This document shows, piece by piece, positions 36,083 to 49,396 of a DNA stretch of 64,000 bases. Numbering within the stretch: position 1 is the first letter of the stretch; the number at the start of each line of letters is the position of its first letter. This stretch comes from Octopus bimaculoides. Its lineage: Eukaryota. The stretch spans positions 106,130,859 to 106,194,858 of the forward strand of contig NC_068985.1 of assembly GCF_001194135.2 (NCBI RefSeq), read 5' to 3'. The translations under genes were made by a program, and so were the position numbers. The notes under the pieces are model-generated. The model saw only the letters and a program-made list of their open reading frames with translations. It was not told the DNA's origin and ran no database searches.

Positions 36083-36199
36083 AACTTTTTCTAAAGCTTT
36101 CTTAGCTTCATATCTTTCCTTATACACTTCAATTTCTATCCATCTTGGAAGGTCAGGAATCAGATAAGTCAGGAAAGAGCGAGCAGCTAAAATTATGTG
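36083..36199 (-). CDS. ANO10: Anoctamin-10 exon (end of TM10, IPD.P motif); not in the ORF track
   Basis: tttccag|CAC...GTT|gtaagt, 117 bp, phase 0-0. HIILAARSFLTYLIPDLPRWIEIEVYKERYEAKKALEKV continues the E|H...IPD.P anoctamin motif. Confidence 0.93.
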
Positions 36200-37175
36200 C
36201 TGGAAAAAAATATATACAAATTATTGGGCACATTTTTTCGCTAGGTTTTTAAACTTAAATATGCAATGTTAAAACATTATTAATATGTTAAAAGTAAAAC
36301 TATATTGGGACAATGAATACACTGGAACTGTAACAATGTTAGAACTATGAATATGGCACTATAAGTTTGTTGGAATGAGGCACGTGCCATCAGTAATTAC
36401 TCAGGGCAGGCAGTTGGTGACATTTATGTAGTAAAACACACAAAAAAGAAGCGAAACACAACCGCATGACTGAGTTGAAGGCAGATTTACTTTTGCCTCT
36501 ATAGCATGAGAGAAAAGATTGTTGTAGGAATATATGCAGCATGTGTATTACAGCTATGCATAGCTTAAATACTGAGATTGAAAAGCAGGGGAAAATTATG
36601 CCTACCTAATCTACAAAAAAATAAAATATTTTGCATTTTATGCCTTAGTAATCAGAGTAACCTTCATAATTTTATTGAATTAGGTGCATATTTTGCCATA
36701 AAAGGAAAATGTTGCTATTGATCTATTTTAATCAAGGTAGGTACTGCCTACCTTGGCTACCTAGGTGGCAAGTCCCTGATTGGAACCATACATACATTGA
36801 AGCTATTAGATATATTGTAACTACAATTATATTGGAACAGTAACTATGTTGGAACTACAAATACATTGATGCTATACATATATTGGTGATAAAGATATAT
36901 TGGAACTGTATGTTTGAACTGCTACTATGTTTGAATTATAAATACAATTGAATTATGTTATGATTGGAATTATTAATATATTAGAACTAGAGCTGAGTGA
37001 GGAGCCATAACTATCATGGCACTATAGTCATGTTGGAGCTGTAGCTATATTGTAATTATAACTATAGCAGGACCATAACATTATTGAAACAGGGCCACAC
37101 AGAAAGCATAAATTTTAAAATTATATTTCTATTTTATTGACTATTACAGTCCGTAGGGTGTTTTTGTGTTATATA

Positions 37176-37830
37176 TAGAGGGTGTCCCAAAAGTCACTAT
37201 ACACTTTCTTTTTTCTATTTTGTTTCAGGTATCATTCAGAGAGTTATGAGGCCATCAACATTTGACACCTCAAGTTTTGCAGTTTTTGTAAGTGTATCAT
37301 TCACGTCCATGGCACACCATACTAACAACTTCAGAGAATCTCATTCATGTTCAAGAATTTCTGCTGGTTTTGATTTTTCCCAAATTCAACAATTGTGTCG
37401 GTTTACCCGATCAGAGAGATGAAAGATAGACTCATCACTGAACCATAAGTTTTCTAAGAACTGAGAGTCATTATGGTAATAGTGGAGGACTGATACACAT
37501 ATTTCCACATGAGCATCATAATCTTCTGCTTGAAGCCTTTGAACAACCTGAAGTCAGTATGGGTGGAACTTTATCGCTCTCTGAAGCATCTGCTCAATCA
37601 AGCCTTTGTTGATGCTAAGTTCCAGTGCAGCCTTCAAGATGGACTTCCCCTGGCTTTTTGCGAACACCTGCTTCAGGAGTCTGGTGTTAGTAACAGGCCT
37701 TCCACTGCATGGTTTGTCAAGAAAAGATCCGGTTTTGAGAAAATTGCTATGGATAGCATAAATTGTGTTCCATGTTGGAGCAGTGTGATGGCCATAAACC
37801 TTCTCAAACTTGCACTGAACTGCCAGGTGA
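37176..37830 (-). mobile_element. Internally deleted Tc1/mariner-superfamily transposon (DUF4817-type HTH)
   Basis: TA|GAGGGTGTCCCAAAAGTC terminus at 37176. VQCKFEKVYG...APTWNTIY...FLKTGS...SGRP...HPY, followed by DESIFHLSDRVNRHNC and DSLKLLVWCA remnants. Confidence 0.8.
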
Positions 37831-38536
37831 CATGCCTTGATAACTCTAAGAACTATGCCAGTGGAGTGCAAGTTCTGGACTGGGCTTTCCATGCTGGACA
37901 GGTCAAAGGACAAAGGCCAGAATAACATGGATCACCTCTTTCCAAAGGTAAAAATTGTTTTGCATAGGGGCTAACACCTCTACCTAGAAAGAAAAATAAA
38001 ATGACAGAAGCATCAATGGCAATTCAAAAACCAACAAGACCTGGGAGAGGAAGGCTTTCCCTTAGGGGAACATATACTGCAGAGTAGCAAGATCCAAAAG
38101 ACAGCAGGGATCCAACTAATGAGAAGCAGAAAAGATAATCCAGAGTCAGCAACAGTAGAGGAATTTTACCAATGGTCTATGATCCATAAGAGGAGCAAAG
38201 GGCTTAATTAAATTTTAAAAAAAAGTTCTAGAGTCTCAATTAAATCATGACTTATATTGGAATTATAACTATGTTGGACTATAATAATTATGTTAGAAGT
38301 ATAACTATATTAGTTGATAACTATACTGGAATGTTAGAACTACATATAGCATACATTAATACTTTGTTGTGTCTGGAGAGAGTTATACTGCTTTAATATC
38401 TAACACACTCACTGGTTCAATTTTTTGTAATAATACAATAATACTGATAGCTTCATTGAGCATACATAACAAATAGTAACATGACCACCACTATGAGTGA
38501 AAATTTAATACTAGTCAATGGGAAAGGTATACATAC

Positions 38537-38671
38537 CTCCAGAATGACAACTATGACAACCAGTTGAGCAGGTGTTTGGTGTCCAGGTACCAACTTTTGT
38601 ACTTCAGGGTTTAATCCAATAATGATACAATTGGTCATCACAGCTATCTTACCCATTAATTCGAACATCAT
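38537..38671 (-). CDS. ANO10: Anoctamin-10 exon (TM9-TM10)
   Basis: tactag|ATG...GAG|gtatgt, 135 bp, phase 0-0. MMFELMGKIAVMTNCIIIGLNPEVQKLVPGHQTPAQLVVIVVILE. Confidence 0.93.
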
Positions 38672-38742
38672 CTAGTAAAGTATACAAAGAAGGTAATATT
38701 TATCTATCTATGTATCTATCTTTTTATCTATCTATCTATCTA

Positions 38743-38779
<37 letters not shown>

Positions 38780-38984
38780 TTAGCAAATTAGCACTGAACA
38801 ACAAATGCAAGAACAAAAACAAACTTAGCAAAAGTCAAATGGATGTACATAGTGAAAATATTAGTTTGACATTTGGTGAAAGTTTCAGATGGAAAATTAA
38901 ACATAAAATATTTTGTCTATTATTGTATGCTCACATGGACCTTCCACATCCTTCTGACGATTTGGAGTATTTAATTAATGGATC

Positions 38985-39552
38985 ATCTGTACAATGGGAT
39001 CACGTAGGAAAGAATGTCCCCTAAAATGCACTTCTTGCATTCTCATCTTGATTTTTTTCCAACGAATCTTGGTGCCGTTAGTGATGAGCATGGTGAGAGG
39101 CTCCACCAGGACATGTCTGATATGGAAATGAGGTATCAAGGCTGGTACAATCCACATGATGGGTGACTACTGCTGGTTCCTACAACTGGAGACCAACACG
39201 ACGCATAAGCGCAAGTGCAAGTGTCTCAAACATTTCTGAGCTGAGTATATAAAAAATAAAGTGAGTATTCCCTTAACATAAATATACTATGTACCATTAT
39301 ATTATAATATTATTTGCCTTGAACATAAATTTACTATATACAGTACTAATAGACTATTATAATAATCATTTACCTTGAACTTAACTATTCCTGATTCTAA
39401 TAAAGTATCAATATATAATTAAGAACATAACTCAAAATCCCGACATGCTACAGCAATTCTGAGTTCAGATTTGGAATCAGCGTACTTAATTTAGTTTAGT
39501 ACAGCACCATTTGTCTGGGTAGCAGACAATAAATCTTTTTTGTTGTCCAGTG
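38985..39552 (+). mobile_element. 3' end of a Chapaev3-like (CMC superfamily) DNA transposon
   Basis: From 39014: MSPKMHFLHSHLDFFPTNLGAVSDEHGERLHQDMSDMEMRYQG, then (frameshift) DYCWFL. Terminus ...ttttttgttgtccagtg|taa. The family label is from memory of this motif. Confidence 0.6.
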
Positions 39553-41058
39553 TAATTAAATCAAGGATATAAAATCCTCGTAAAGAGATGTCAGCATCCA
39601 AGTTCCCCAGTGTTATCCAGTGTATCACTGAAAAACCAAAGATGTTAGCTTTGCATTGATGGATATGGGTATATTATTGTTTATGTATGAGAAGAGAAAT
39701 TGGAGAAACTGAGATATAGACATTGATTTATTAGAGCATATTTAATTCCAAACAAAAGCAAACCCATAGCACCTACAACTGTTTCCATGCCCAATTAATT
39801 CAGTTTGAGAAATTAAATTAAATTAAATCAAATTAAAGTTTCTTACTGAATATAACTAATTGGATATTTTGTCAGGGGAAGAATTTGATAGAAAGGAACT
39901 ACATTCCAATGTGTTCGTAGATCCTTGATGGACTCAGATATGTGTTTTCACATCCAATGTATTAAAAAAACCATTACTTATGTATATATATATACAAATT
40001 TGTTTAATGCATTTGTGTATGTGCATATGTAATGTGCTGAAAAACAAAAATAGCTGTTAGCTTAAATGATATTTCGATATGATTACTTTAACTAGAAACT
40101 AAAAACATTATTCTTCATTTACATTATAACTTATGATAGATCGAAATGTCAGTAAAGTATTTATATATATATATATATATANNNNNNNNNNNNNNNNNNN
40201 NNNNNNNNNNNNNNNNNNNNNNNNNNNNNNNNNNNNNNNNNNNNNNNNNNNNNNNNNNNNNNNNNNNNNNNNNNNNNNNNNNNNNNNNNNNNNNNNNNNN
40301 NNNNNNNNNNNNNNNNNNNNNNNNNNNNNNNNNNNNNNNNNNNNNNNNNNNNNNNNNNNNNNNNNNNNNNNNNNNNNNNNNNNNNNNNNNNNNNNNNNNN
40401 NNNNNNNNNNNNNNNNNNNNNNNNNNNNNNNNNNNNNNNNNNNNNNNNNNNNNNNNNNNNNNNNNNNNNNNNNNNNNNNNNNNNNNNNNNNNNNNNNNNN
40501 NNNNNNNNNNNNNNNNNNNNNNNNNNNNNNNNNNNNNNNNNNNNNNNNNNNNNNNNNNNNNNNNNNNNNNNNNNNNNNNNNNNNNNNNNNNNNNNNNNNN
40601 NNNNNNNNNNNNNNNNNNNNNNNNNNNNNNNNNNNNNNNNNNNNNNNNNNNNNNNNNNNNNNNNNNNNNNNNNNNNNNNNNNNNNNNNNNNNNNNNNNNN
40701 NNNNNNNNNNNNNNNNNNNNNNNNNNNNNNNNNNNNNNNNNNNNNNNNNNNNNNNNNNNNNNNNNNNNNNNNNNNNNNNNNNNNNNNNNNNNNNNNNNNN
40801 NNNNNNNNNNNNNNNNNNNNNNNNNNNNNNNNNNNNNNNNNNNNNNNNNNNNNNNNNNNNNNNNNNNNNNNNNNNNNNNNNNNNNNNNNNNNNNNNNNNN
40901 NNNNNNNNNNNNNNNNNNNNNNNNNNNNNNNNNNNNNNNNNNNNNNNNNNNNNNNNNNNNNNNNNNNNNNNNNNNNNNNNNNNNNNNNNNNNNNNNNNNN
41001 NNNNNNNNNNNNNTATATATATATATATATATAAATATCCTTCAGAGCAGTTACTTAC

Positions 41059-41250
41059 CTGCCAAGCACCAATGTTTGATGCAGAGAGTGGAAATGGACG
41101 TCGGAAGACACAGCACATTTTGAATGAATCAATGCGCAATTCAAATATGTTGTTGATAAGAGCCCAAAATGCTGCAAGCGGGTAGACAGATGAGAACAGG
41201 AATACATAACCAAATTGCAGGAAAAGCTCCAAATAGTCATCTAAAGTGCC
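41059..41250 (-). CDS. ANO10: Anoctamin-10 exon (TM7-TM8, Ca2+ site)
   Basis: tttcag|GGC...CAG|gtaag, 192 bp, phase 0-0. [64 protein letters not shown]. Confidence 0.97.
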
Positions 41251-41450
41251 CTGAAATATATATAAAGTACAAGGAAAAGAATAAAACAGTTGTACAAGCT
41301 AAAAAGAAACACAGCTGTTACTTGCATGTGATTATGATTTGATACATTGCAACCTGCTTTTGCTAGTTGTTTTGGGTGTCTATGCAGATGTGAGCAGGCA
41401 TATACACCTTCTCAACCCTCACCCTTGATTCAAGGCATCACTGAGGTTGT

Positions 41451-41486
<36 letters not shown>

Positions 41487-43930
41487 CTATCAGTTGTTTC
41501 AGTAGCTTGGGTCAACAGGAAATGAAGTCCCTTGCTCAAGGATATAATATGCCTCCTTGAATGTGAATTTAACCCACAACCTTATGATTGTGAGGCCAGC
41601 ATCCTAACCACTAGGCCACTTGCTTTTACTATCCTGCAGAAAGAGTATATTTTAAACTCTGCTAATAGATCTGTGAGAGTTTGTGTTATCACTCATTCTG
41701 AGATAAACTAAAATGAGATTATAAAATTAGAGATTGAATGGTAAAGTTAACTGGACAAAGATTAAAGTCCATTGTTGTTTTTATTGTTGAGCCCTAATTG
41801 AAAGTCTAATCAGAGGAAACTTTGGCTGCTATTTCTTGTGGCTAGAGTGGCCACTTAGTGGCTGCCTTGTTGGTTCAATGAAGAGTTGGTTGTTGTTTCC
41901 AGGGCAGCACCAACTTGAGCTAACGTGGGGGTCCATAGCTAATCAATCAAACAACTAGGTGTAATTCCACACAACCATGCCTGTATCTGTTCGCTTTTCT
42001 GAGTCAATTGTTTTTCTTCTATCAGTAACCATTCGGTCTTTTAATCAGAAATATCACTATAGGATTTCATTATTCTATGTGTCCTTCCTTTTTTAACATG
42101 TCAGAGTGGTGATTTCATGGACATTTGACTGGAAATTGTTGCAGGTTGCACAACCATGTAGAAACTGTCTTGTTTGTTATTTTATATCTTGTCACAGGTG
42201 CTAGGGTGTATTCATGGCCCAAATACTTGGTTACAATAATTCACTCCACTTAGTTGTAAGTAGATATTACAGTACGATATAGCTTCATAGAAGTTCAGTC
42301 ACTAATCCAGGTTGAAGTGATTTTTAATCCAAAGGAAGACTCCTAGTCTTTGGGGATGTAGTTTCAGCTTGATATTCGAAAATTTATGTTGGTGAAAGCA
42401 TAAATAATACAGTAAAAAAATGTATATCATTTACTTGGTTATAAAATAGTAAAAACAGCAGCAAAGGTATAATCTAAAAGGGTTAAAATAGCTGGGTATG
42501 ATTTGAGGAACATTTGGTTGCTATTTATAGCAGGTCAAGTGACTGCATGAAGACTTCCTAGTAAGATCAAGATTGGCTAGTTATTAGGTGAAATAAATTA
42601 ATGGAAGGATGAAACACAAAAACAATTATTTATAGGGTGAAATGAATCACAAGATACCTTATACAGTAAGATGAGTTTATAAAATAAGAGATAAATCATG
42701 AATTGTAAAGTGAGTTAAAAGATAAACTATGTTGGAAGATAACAGAAAATATATTTTAAGATGAGATAAGGGTTGATCTTTTGTTTTAAGTGTGTAAATA
42801 CAATAGCAACTTTGTTTAGATTAAAATAAGGAAATAATTTATATATATTGTAAAAGGCACCCAGTCCACTCTGTGAGGTGGTTGGCATTACAAAGGGCAT
42901 TCAGCCATAAAAACTAAGCCAAAACAGACAATAAAGCCTGGTGCAGTCCTCTGTTTTGCCAGCTTCTGTCACTGTCCAACCCATGCCAGCAGAAGAAACG
43001 GATGTTGAATGATGATGATGATGATGGTGATATTTGTCCTTTTCACTTTGTGGCTCTCTTTTGACCACTTACCAATTAGATGGGAAGGATATCTCTTGCC
43101 TTTCACATAGACAAAAGTAAGTAGATTCATCTACACTTCACTTTGACAAAGCATAATAACTACAAAAAGGTTTGAACTTATGACATCACTGCTAATGTAT
43201 TTCTGTATAAATCATCTCCAAAGCTGTGTAGTTGGGCAGTTCACTCCCCAAGCATGTAGTTTCAAGTACTCACCACCACTGTGCAGCACTTTGATTACGT
43301 GCTCTCTGCTGTAGCCCTGGGCCACTCCATGGCCTTGTGAGTGAATTTGGTAACTGGAAGCAGAGGGAAATCTGTTATATGCACACCCACACGTGTATGT
43401 GTGTGTGTGTGCCTGCATGCATTTGTGTGCATGTGTGCATGTGTGTGTGTATGCATATGTGTTTGTTCTTTTGCATCTGCACACTATGAAAGTTGCAACA
43501 AATCATGTTGTTGCTGTCATCCTTCCAGTCAACAAATTGTCTACTTGCTTAATGCCCTTGAAGACATGTGAAACAATGTCTTAATAATATATTTGTCAAA
43601 TCCATGCTACCATGGAAAAACAGATGTAAAACAGAATGAAAGTGCATTCTTTTGCCCCCTTACAACATTTAAAAAAGGCATAGGTTGTTGGAAAGTCTGA
43701 AGAAAAGTATCACGAGTTAAAATATTCTTAAAGGAGTGTAGGATCTATCGCTACCTCCTATAAAACTATCCAGTGTCACTCATTAAAGTTGTGTGACATT
43801 CTCTTGTGTCGAGAATGGTGATACCATGATATAGGGTTGGACCAAGGGATGATGGGTAAAAAATAGATGAGTGGGGGACTGGTAAAAAGAGTCAGCAAAA
43901 AGGTTTTATTTTTGACCCTAAATATCTCAC

Positions 43931-44125
43931 CAAGTATTTCTCCATTGAAGCTTCATCATAAGCTTGCTGTATCAACTCTGGCGGGAGTCCTTCCTCTTCC
44001 CATTTTTCACCCTTTCCAGCGTCTTTCTCAACCTTCTTTGTCCAAAACTTCAAAATCAGGAATGGCAAGGCTGACTCTTGCAGTTGACCAATAACTTGTT
44101 GAGTAATCAACAGTGCCACCAAATC
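43931..44125 (-). CDS. ANO10: Anoctamin-10 exon (TM6 and loop)
   Basis: ctttag|GAT...TTG|gtgag, 195 bp, phase 0-0. DLVALLITQQVIGQLQESALPFL...ASMEKYL. Confidence 0.93.
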
Positions 44126-44284
44126 CTAAAGGCAATAGAAAACATCAGTTATTGCATACATTTGAATACTTGGTTAAGGAGTCATTTGGGTATGTATTGG
44201 TCCATTAGCAGTTTATGTTAAGATTTAACAAAAGGAATCCTAAACAATAGTAAATTGTCTGTGCACGATGTGTGTACATCAAGT

Positions 44285-44653
44285 TGGCACACAGTCTATC
44301 TGTCTGTCTGTCTAGATAGACAGATAGATAGGTAGATAGACAGACAGTCAGATAAGTAGGCAGACAGCCAGATTGGCAAACAGCCTGATAGACAGTCAGA
44401 TAGGCAGACACAGATAAACAGTTAGACACACAAATAGACAGATAGACAGTCAGATAGGCAGACACAGATAAACAGTTAGACACACAAATAGACAGATAAA
44501 CAGTTAGACACACAAATAGACAGATAGACAGACGTACATACATAGAGATAGACAGACAAACAAACAAACAGACAGATAGATGAATAGACAGACAGACAAA
44601 CAGACAGAGAGACAGACAGACAGACAGATAGATAGATAGATAGATAGATAGAT

Positions 44654-44699
<46 letters not shown>

Positions 44700-44700
44700 C
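44285..44700. repeat. (GACA/GATA)n microsatellite with a higher-order unit of about 54 bp
   Basis: cagtcagataggcagacacagataaacagttagacacacaaataga occurs twice, plus a partial third copy. Confidence 0.8.
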
Positions 44701-45239
44701 AAATCATGCATCAACTTGGACATAAACATTTATATTCATATACATCATAATAATACTAAATTACAAAGTCCGCCTGCGTATTCTGTGAATTAAGCAAAAA
44801 CAATACATTATAATAATAACATGTTCCAGCTAATGTACTCTTAAACAAATATCCTTTTGACTAAAATTTGTTCCAAACTGTGCTCTGGAACTCTTAACCC
44901 TTTAAATGTGTAATTAAATGTCATGGTTATTCCAGAAAGGATGTTAAATATCTACCAAAAAGTAGAATTGGTATTTTTCTATAAGTCATGTTACCTTAAT
45001 AAGCTTGAGATATATCAACAGAAAATAATTTCAAACATGACGTTCCTCACCAAAAGACAGAACTGCTTCCCACTGTAAAGGGTAATGAAATTTTGAGTGG
45101 ATATATCTGATTTCTGCAGTAAAAGGGCTCAGTGTAAGAGACAAGCAGAAACACAGACTTACAGCCACATTCACTCATATACACACAGCTACATTCGCAT
45201 AAAGATACATCTGATAAATAGTGTATAGTGTATACTCAC

Positions 45240-45314
45240 ACTACGCAGAAGAGTGACATCTTGCAGGTAAAAAGCCATATAAAACAGAGACATGAAACAG
45301 TTGACAAAGTTGAA
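45240..45314 (-). CDS. ANO10: Anoctamin-10 exon (TM5)
   Basis: ttccag|TTC...AGT|gtgagt, 75 bp, phase 0-0. [25 protein letters not shown]. Confidence 0.95.
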
Positions 45315-45377
45315 CTGGAAAGAAAAGAAAAGAAATATGTATGTATGCATACATATGTATGTATATATATGTGTGTA

Positions 45378-45460
<83 letters not shown>

Positions 45461-45523
45461 GGTGTGGTGAATATATTGTCATATAAATTATGCAAAAATG
45501 AAAATAACACTGACGTCTCATTC

Positions 45524-45556
45524 TAACACATCATCACCATCACCATCACCACCACC

Positions 45557-45590
<34 letters not shown>

Positions 45591-47765
45591 TCATCATTTA
45601 GCGTCTGTTGTCCATGCTGGCATGGGTTGGATGGTTTGACTGAAATGGTATGCTGGAAGGCTGCACCAGACTCCAGTCTGATTTGGCATGGTTTTCTACG
45701 GCTGGATGCCCTTCCTAATGCCAACCACTCTGAGAGTGTAATGAGTGTTTTTACATGCCACTGGCACGGGTGTCATTTGCGTGACACTGGTATCTGCCAC
45801 AACTGTGATTTTGCTCGGCTTGATGGGTCTTCTCAAGCACATGGTCATTGCCTTTGTAAGGCCCAAGATTGGAAAGGAACTCGGCCACTTTATCCCCACA
45901 GGGCCCAATACTTGAAAGGAACTCAGTCACCTTGCCTCTGTGAGGGCCAACACTCGAAAGGAACTCAGCCACTTGCTTTCCTGAGGCCCAATGCTCAAAA
46001 GGGTCTCAGCCACTTACCATCAGGAGGCCCAACGCTCAAAAGGAACTCAGCCACTATGCCTCTGTGAGGCCCAATGTACAAGGTTGATTTTCTCATGTGC
46101 CACCAGCATTGGTGTGCTTGGCTTGACCAATCCTCTTAAGCAGAGCACATTGCCAAAGGTCTTGGTCACTAGTAATTGCCTCTGTGAGGTTCAAGGTTCA
46201 AAGATTATGCTTCACCACCTCGTCTCATGTCTTCCTGGGTCTACCTCTGCAACAGGTTTCCTCCAAGATGCTTACACTCTGTTGAACATGCACACTGACA
46301 CTGCACATCCAGCGAAGCATATTAGCTTTATTTCTTTCAAGCCTACATGTGTCCTAAGCTGTTATAGCCCATGTTTCACTGCCATGCAGCATTGCTGTTC
46401 ACACACAGACATCAAACAATCTGCCTTTCACTCTGAGTGAGAGGCCCTTTGTTGCTAGCAGGGGTAGAAGCTCTCTGAGCTTTGCTCAACCTAATCTTAT
46501 TCTCACAGATATGCTTTCAGAGCATCCACCTCCACTACTAACCTGGTCGCTTAGATACCAGAAGCTATCTACTACCTTTAGCTTGCCCCACTGGCAGTTG
46601 ATGGAATCTATTTTCTGCACATGTTCAGCATTTATTATGCCTGTGCACCTTCCACATACAAAAGTTAGTTTCTCTGTTAACCTTCCTGAGATGTTGCTGC
46701 ACCTTTTGTGTGTCCATAGCTTACACCAGGTACATCTTACAGAGTTTCTACCTACGCCTTTTCTACAGATTGAACAAGGCCACCTACCTGAGGGGATTTG
46801 TGATTTGTCAGCCTTCCAACCTATTTTGACTTTGGGTTTTGCTAGGTTAACCCTAAGGCCCTTTGATTCTAGACCTTGCTTCCATACCTGGAACTTCTTC
46901 TCTAGTTCAGGTAGTGATTCAGCTATAAGAGCAAGGTTATCAGCATAGAAGAGCTCCCAGGGGCAGCCTGTCTTGCATTCCTCTATTATTACCTGGTGGA
47001 CTATGACGAACAAGAGGGGGCTGAGCACCAATCCTTGGTAAACCCCTACTTGTACCCTGAATTCTTTGCTGTACTCCTTTCCCACCCTCACCCTACTGAT
47101 AGCATCCCTGTACAAGGCTTTTACAACTCTCACCAACCACTCATCTAATCCTAGTTTCTGCATTGACCACCAGATAAGGGATTGGAGGATTCTGTCAGAA
47201 GCTTTCTCCAAGTCAACAAAAACCAAGTACAGAGGTTTATCTTTGGCTAGGCATTTCTCCTGCAGTTGCCTTACAAGAAATATAGCATCAGTGGTGCTTC
47301 TACCTGGCACAAACCCAAACTGCCTCTCATCTAGACTAACTCTCTCCCTGATTAGTTGGGCTATGACTCTCTCCACAACTTTCATCACCTGATCCAACAA
47401 TTTGATACATATGTAATTATTTCTATCTAAGACATCACCTTTACCTTTGTAGCAGTCGACTATGATGCTGCTACTCCAGTCATTGGGTATGACTCCTTCA
47501 TGAACCACCTAATTTACAATACGGGTGACTAGACCATAACCCACACCACCAGATATTTTAAGCATCTCAGCAGTGATACCTGATGGGCTGGAGGCTTTTC
47601 CTGTCTTCATATCTTTAATTGCTTTATCTACCAGGGTACTGTCAATTTGACTAGCTGGTCCCTCTGTTGGATCGACGTTTGGCAGACTCTCCTCCTCTCA
47701 TTCATTCTCCACATTCAGTAGACTTTCATAATGGCATCTCCAAGCCTTTTTCTTTGCAGATTCAT
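45524..47765 (-). mobile_element. 5'-truncated, relatively young RTE LINE with RT ORF, internal PHD finger, 41-bp array and tail
   Basis: 340-aa ORF 46486-47508: QFGFVPGRSTTDAIF, VFVDLEKA, QGLVLSPLLF, YADN (the catalytic DD is mutated), GLRVNLAK. (GAT/GGT)n tail at 45524-45597. Confidence 0.93.
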
Positions 47766-48170
47766 TAAAAGCAAGTGCAGGATACCAATCTGTGACAGGA
47801 TTACTCATTTTGCCAGCTGAGTGGACTGAAGCAACATGAAATGAAGTGTCTTGCTCAAGGATACAATGTATCACTCAGTCCAGGATTGAAACCATAATCT
47901 TATGGTCATGAATGCAATGCCCAAACCACTAAGTCACTTGCTTACACACACACACACACACACGCACGACAATCCATTACAGTAAGTGGTAACAATAAAA
48001 TATATTTGGTGGACAGATTAGGACACAGTAGACAGTTTAGGGCATTTATAGGTCATGAAGTATAAAGTGTGGGCAAAGTTGGACAACAACTGTTCTATGT
48101 AGAGAAAATACATTGCGGAGAATGTACATAAAGATAAATGGGGAAGAAAACAAAGATTATGGTAACTTAC

Positions 48171-48226
48171 TGAAACCATTTTTACTATAAGATGATTTTC
48201 ATAGGAAGACTGTAGCCGATGGTTTT
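48171..48226 (-). CDS. ANO10: Anoctamin-10 exon
   Basis: ttacag|AA...TCA|gtaag, phase 1 to 0. (E)NHRLQSSYENHLIVKMVS, with the conserved ENHR motif. Confidence 0.95.
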
Positions 48227-49396
48227 CTGTAAAGATAAATGCATCACACATTAAATACATATATATATGCACACACACATCAAAAATGCTTGATTTATTA
48301 AAATTATAATTACTAAATGGCAATGAAGGTCAGCTCCACTTGTGAAAAGGGGTGGTAATCTCAATTACATGAATCAAGAATTCTCCAGAATTGACATGCC
48401 ATTAAGGAAAAGGATTAGCTTATTGTTAGGAGATAAGAAGAGTCATGGAAATGTGTTTTTGGCTCAATAGCTGTAATCACCTCATCTCCAGTTACCAAGG
48501 GATTTAGACTTATACAAAAAAAAAAAAGAGCAGAATACGTTTATGGCATAGATAATTTCATAATTTAAACAAAAATGAGCTAAGAGTGATAACTAAAAGT
48601 GGACAGTGGAATGTATTTGAACAACACAGATAAATACAGGTATGTCAAATACCATACAACATAAATTCTTGATCTGATAAATGCAACAGAAGCAATATTG
48701 GATTAAAATAGTCATCTGTGTATTATACTTAATGTAAATATATCTAGAGAAGCAATTTACTGCAGTGTTTTTCCAAAGATAATATTTCTTATGGACATGC
48801 TGTATATTGTGTTTTTAAATACAGTATATCCTTAAAAGATATCGCCTAACAAATGCTGCTGTAAATTTGCTTTCCAAAATGTATTTACATTAAATATAAC
48901 ACACACACATGTATATACACACACATGCATACACACACACATATATCATCATCATCATCATAATCATCATCATCATCATCGTTTTTATATTTACTTTTCT
49001 GAGTTGGCAAGCTGGCAGAATCATTAGCATGCAGGGCAAAATTCTTAGAGGCATTGCATTTGTCGTTACTTTCTGGGTTCAAGTTCCACCAAGGTCAATT
49101 TTGCCTTTCATCTTTTTGGAGTTGATAAAATAAATACCAATTGAGCACTGGGGTTGATTTAATTGACCTATTCCTTGTCCAAAACTGCTGGCCTTGTGCC
49201 AAAATTTGAAAGCAATATTTACTTTCCCATGAATACATAGGTCAGATAAAATCCATTGAGACAAATTTTCAATAGATGGATGTTTCTTGTTGCTAATCCT
49301 CATCTGCTTTCAAGCAAGGTGGTATTTCTCCATTGCCAAACATGCTTTCATGGAAGATTAGAAATGAAGAATACCATTTGTATGATGCTCATTTAC

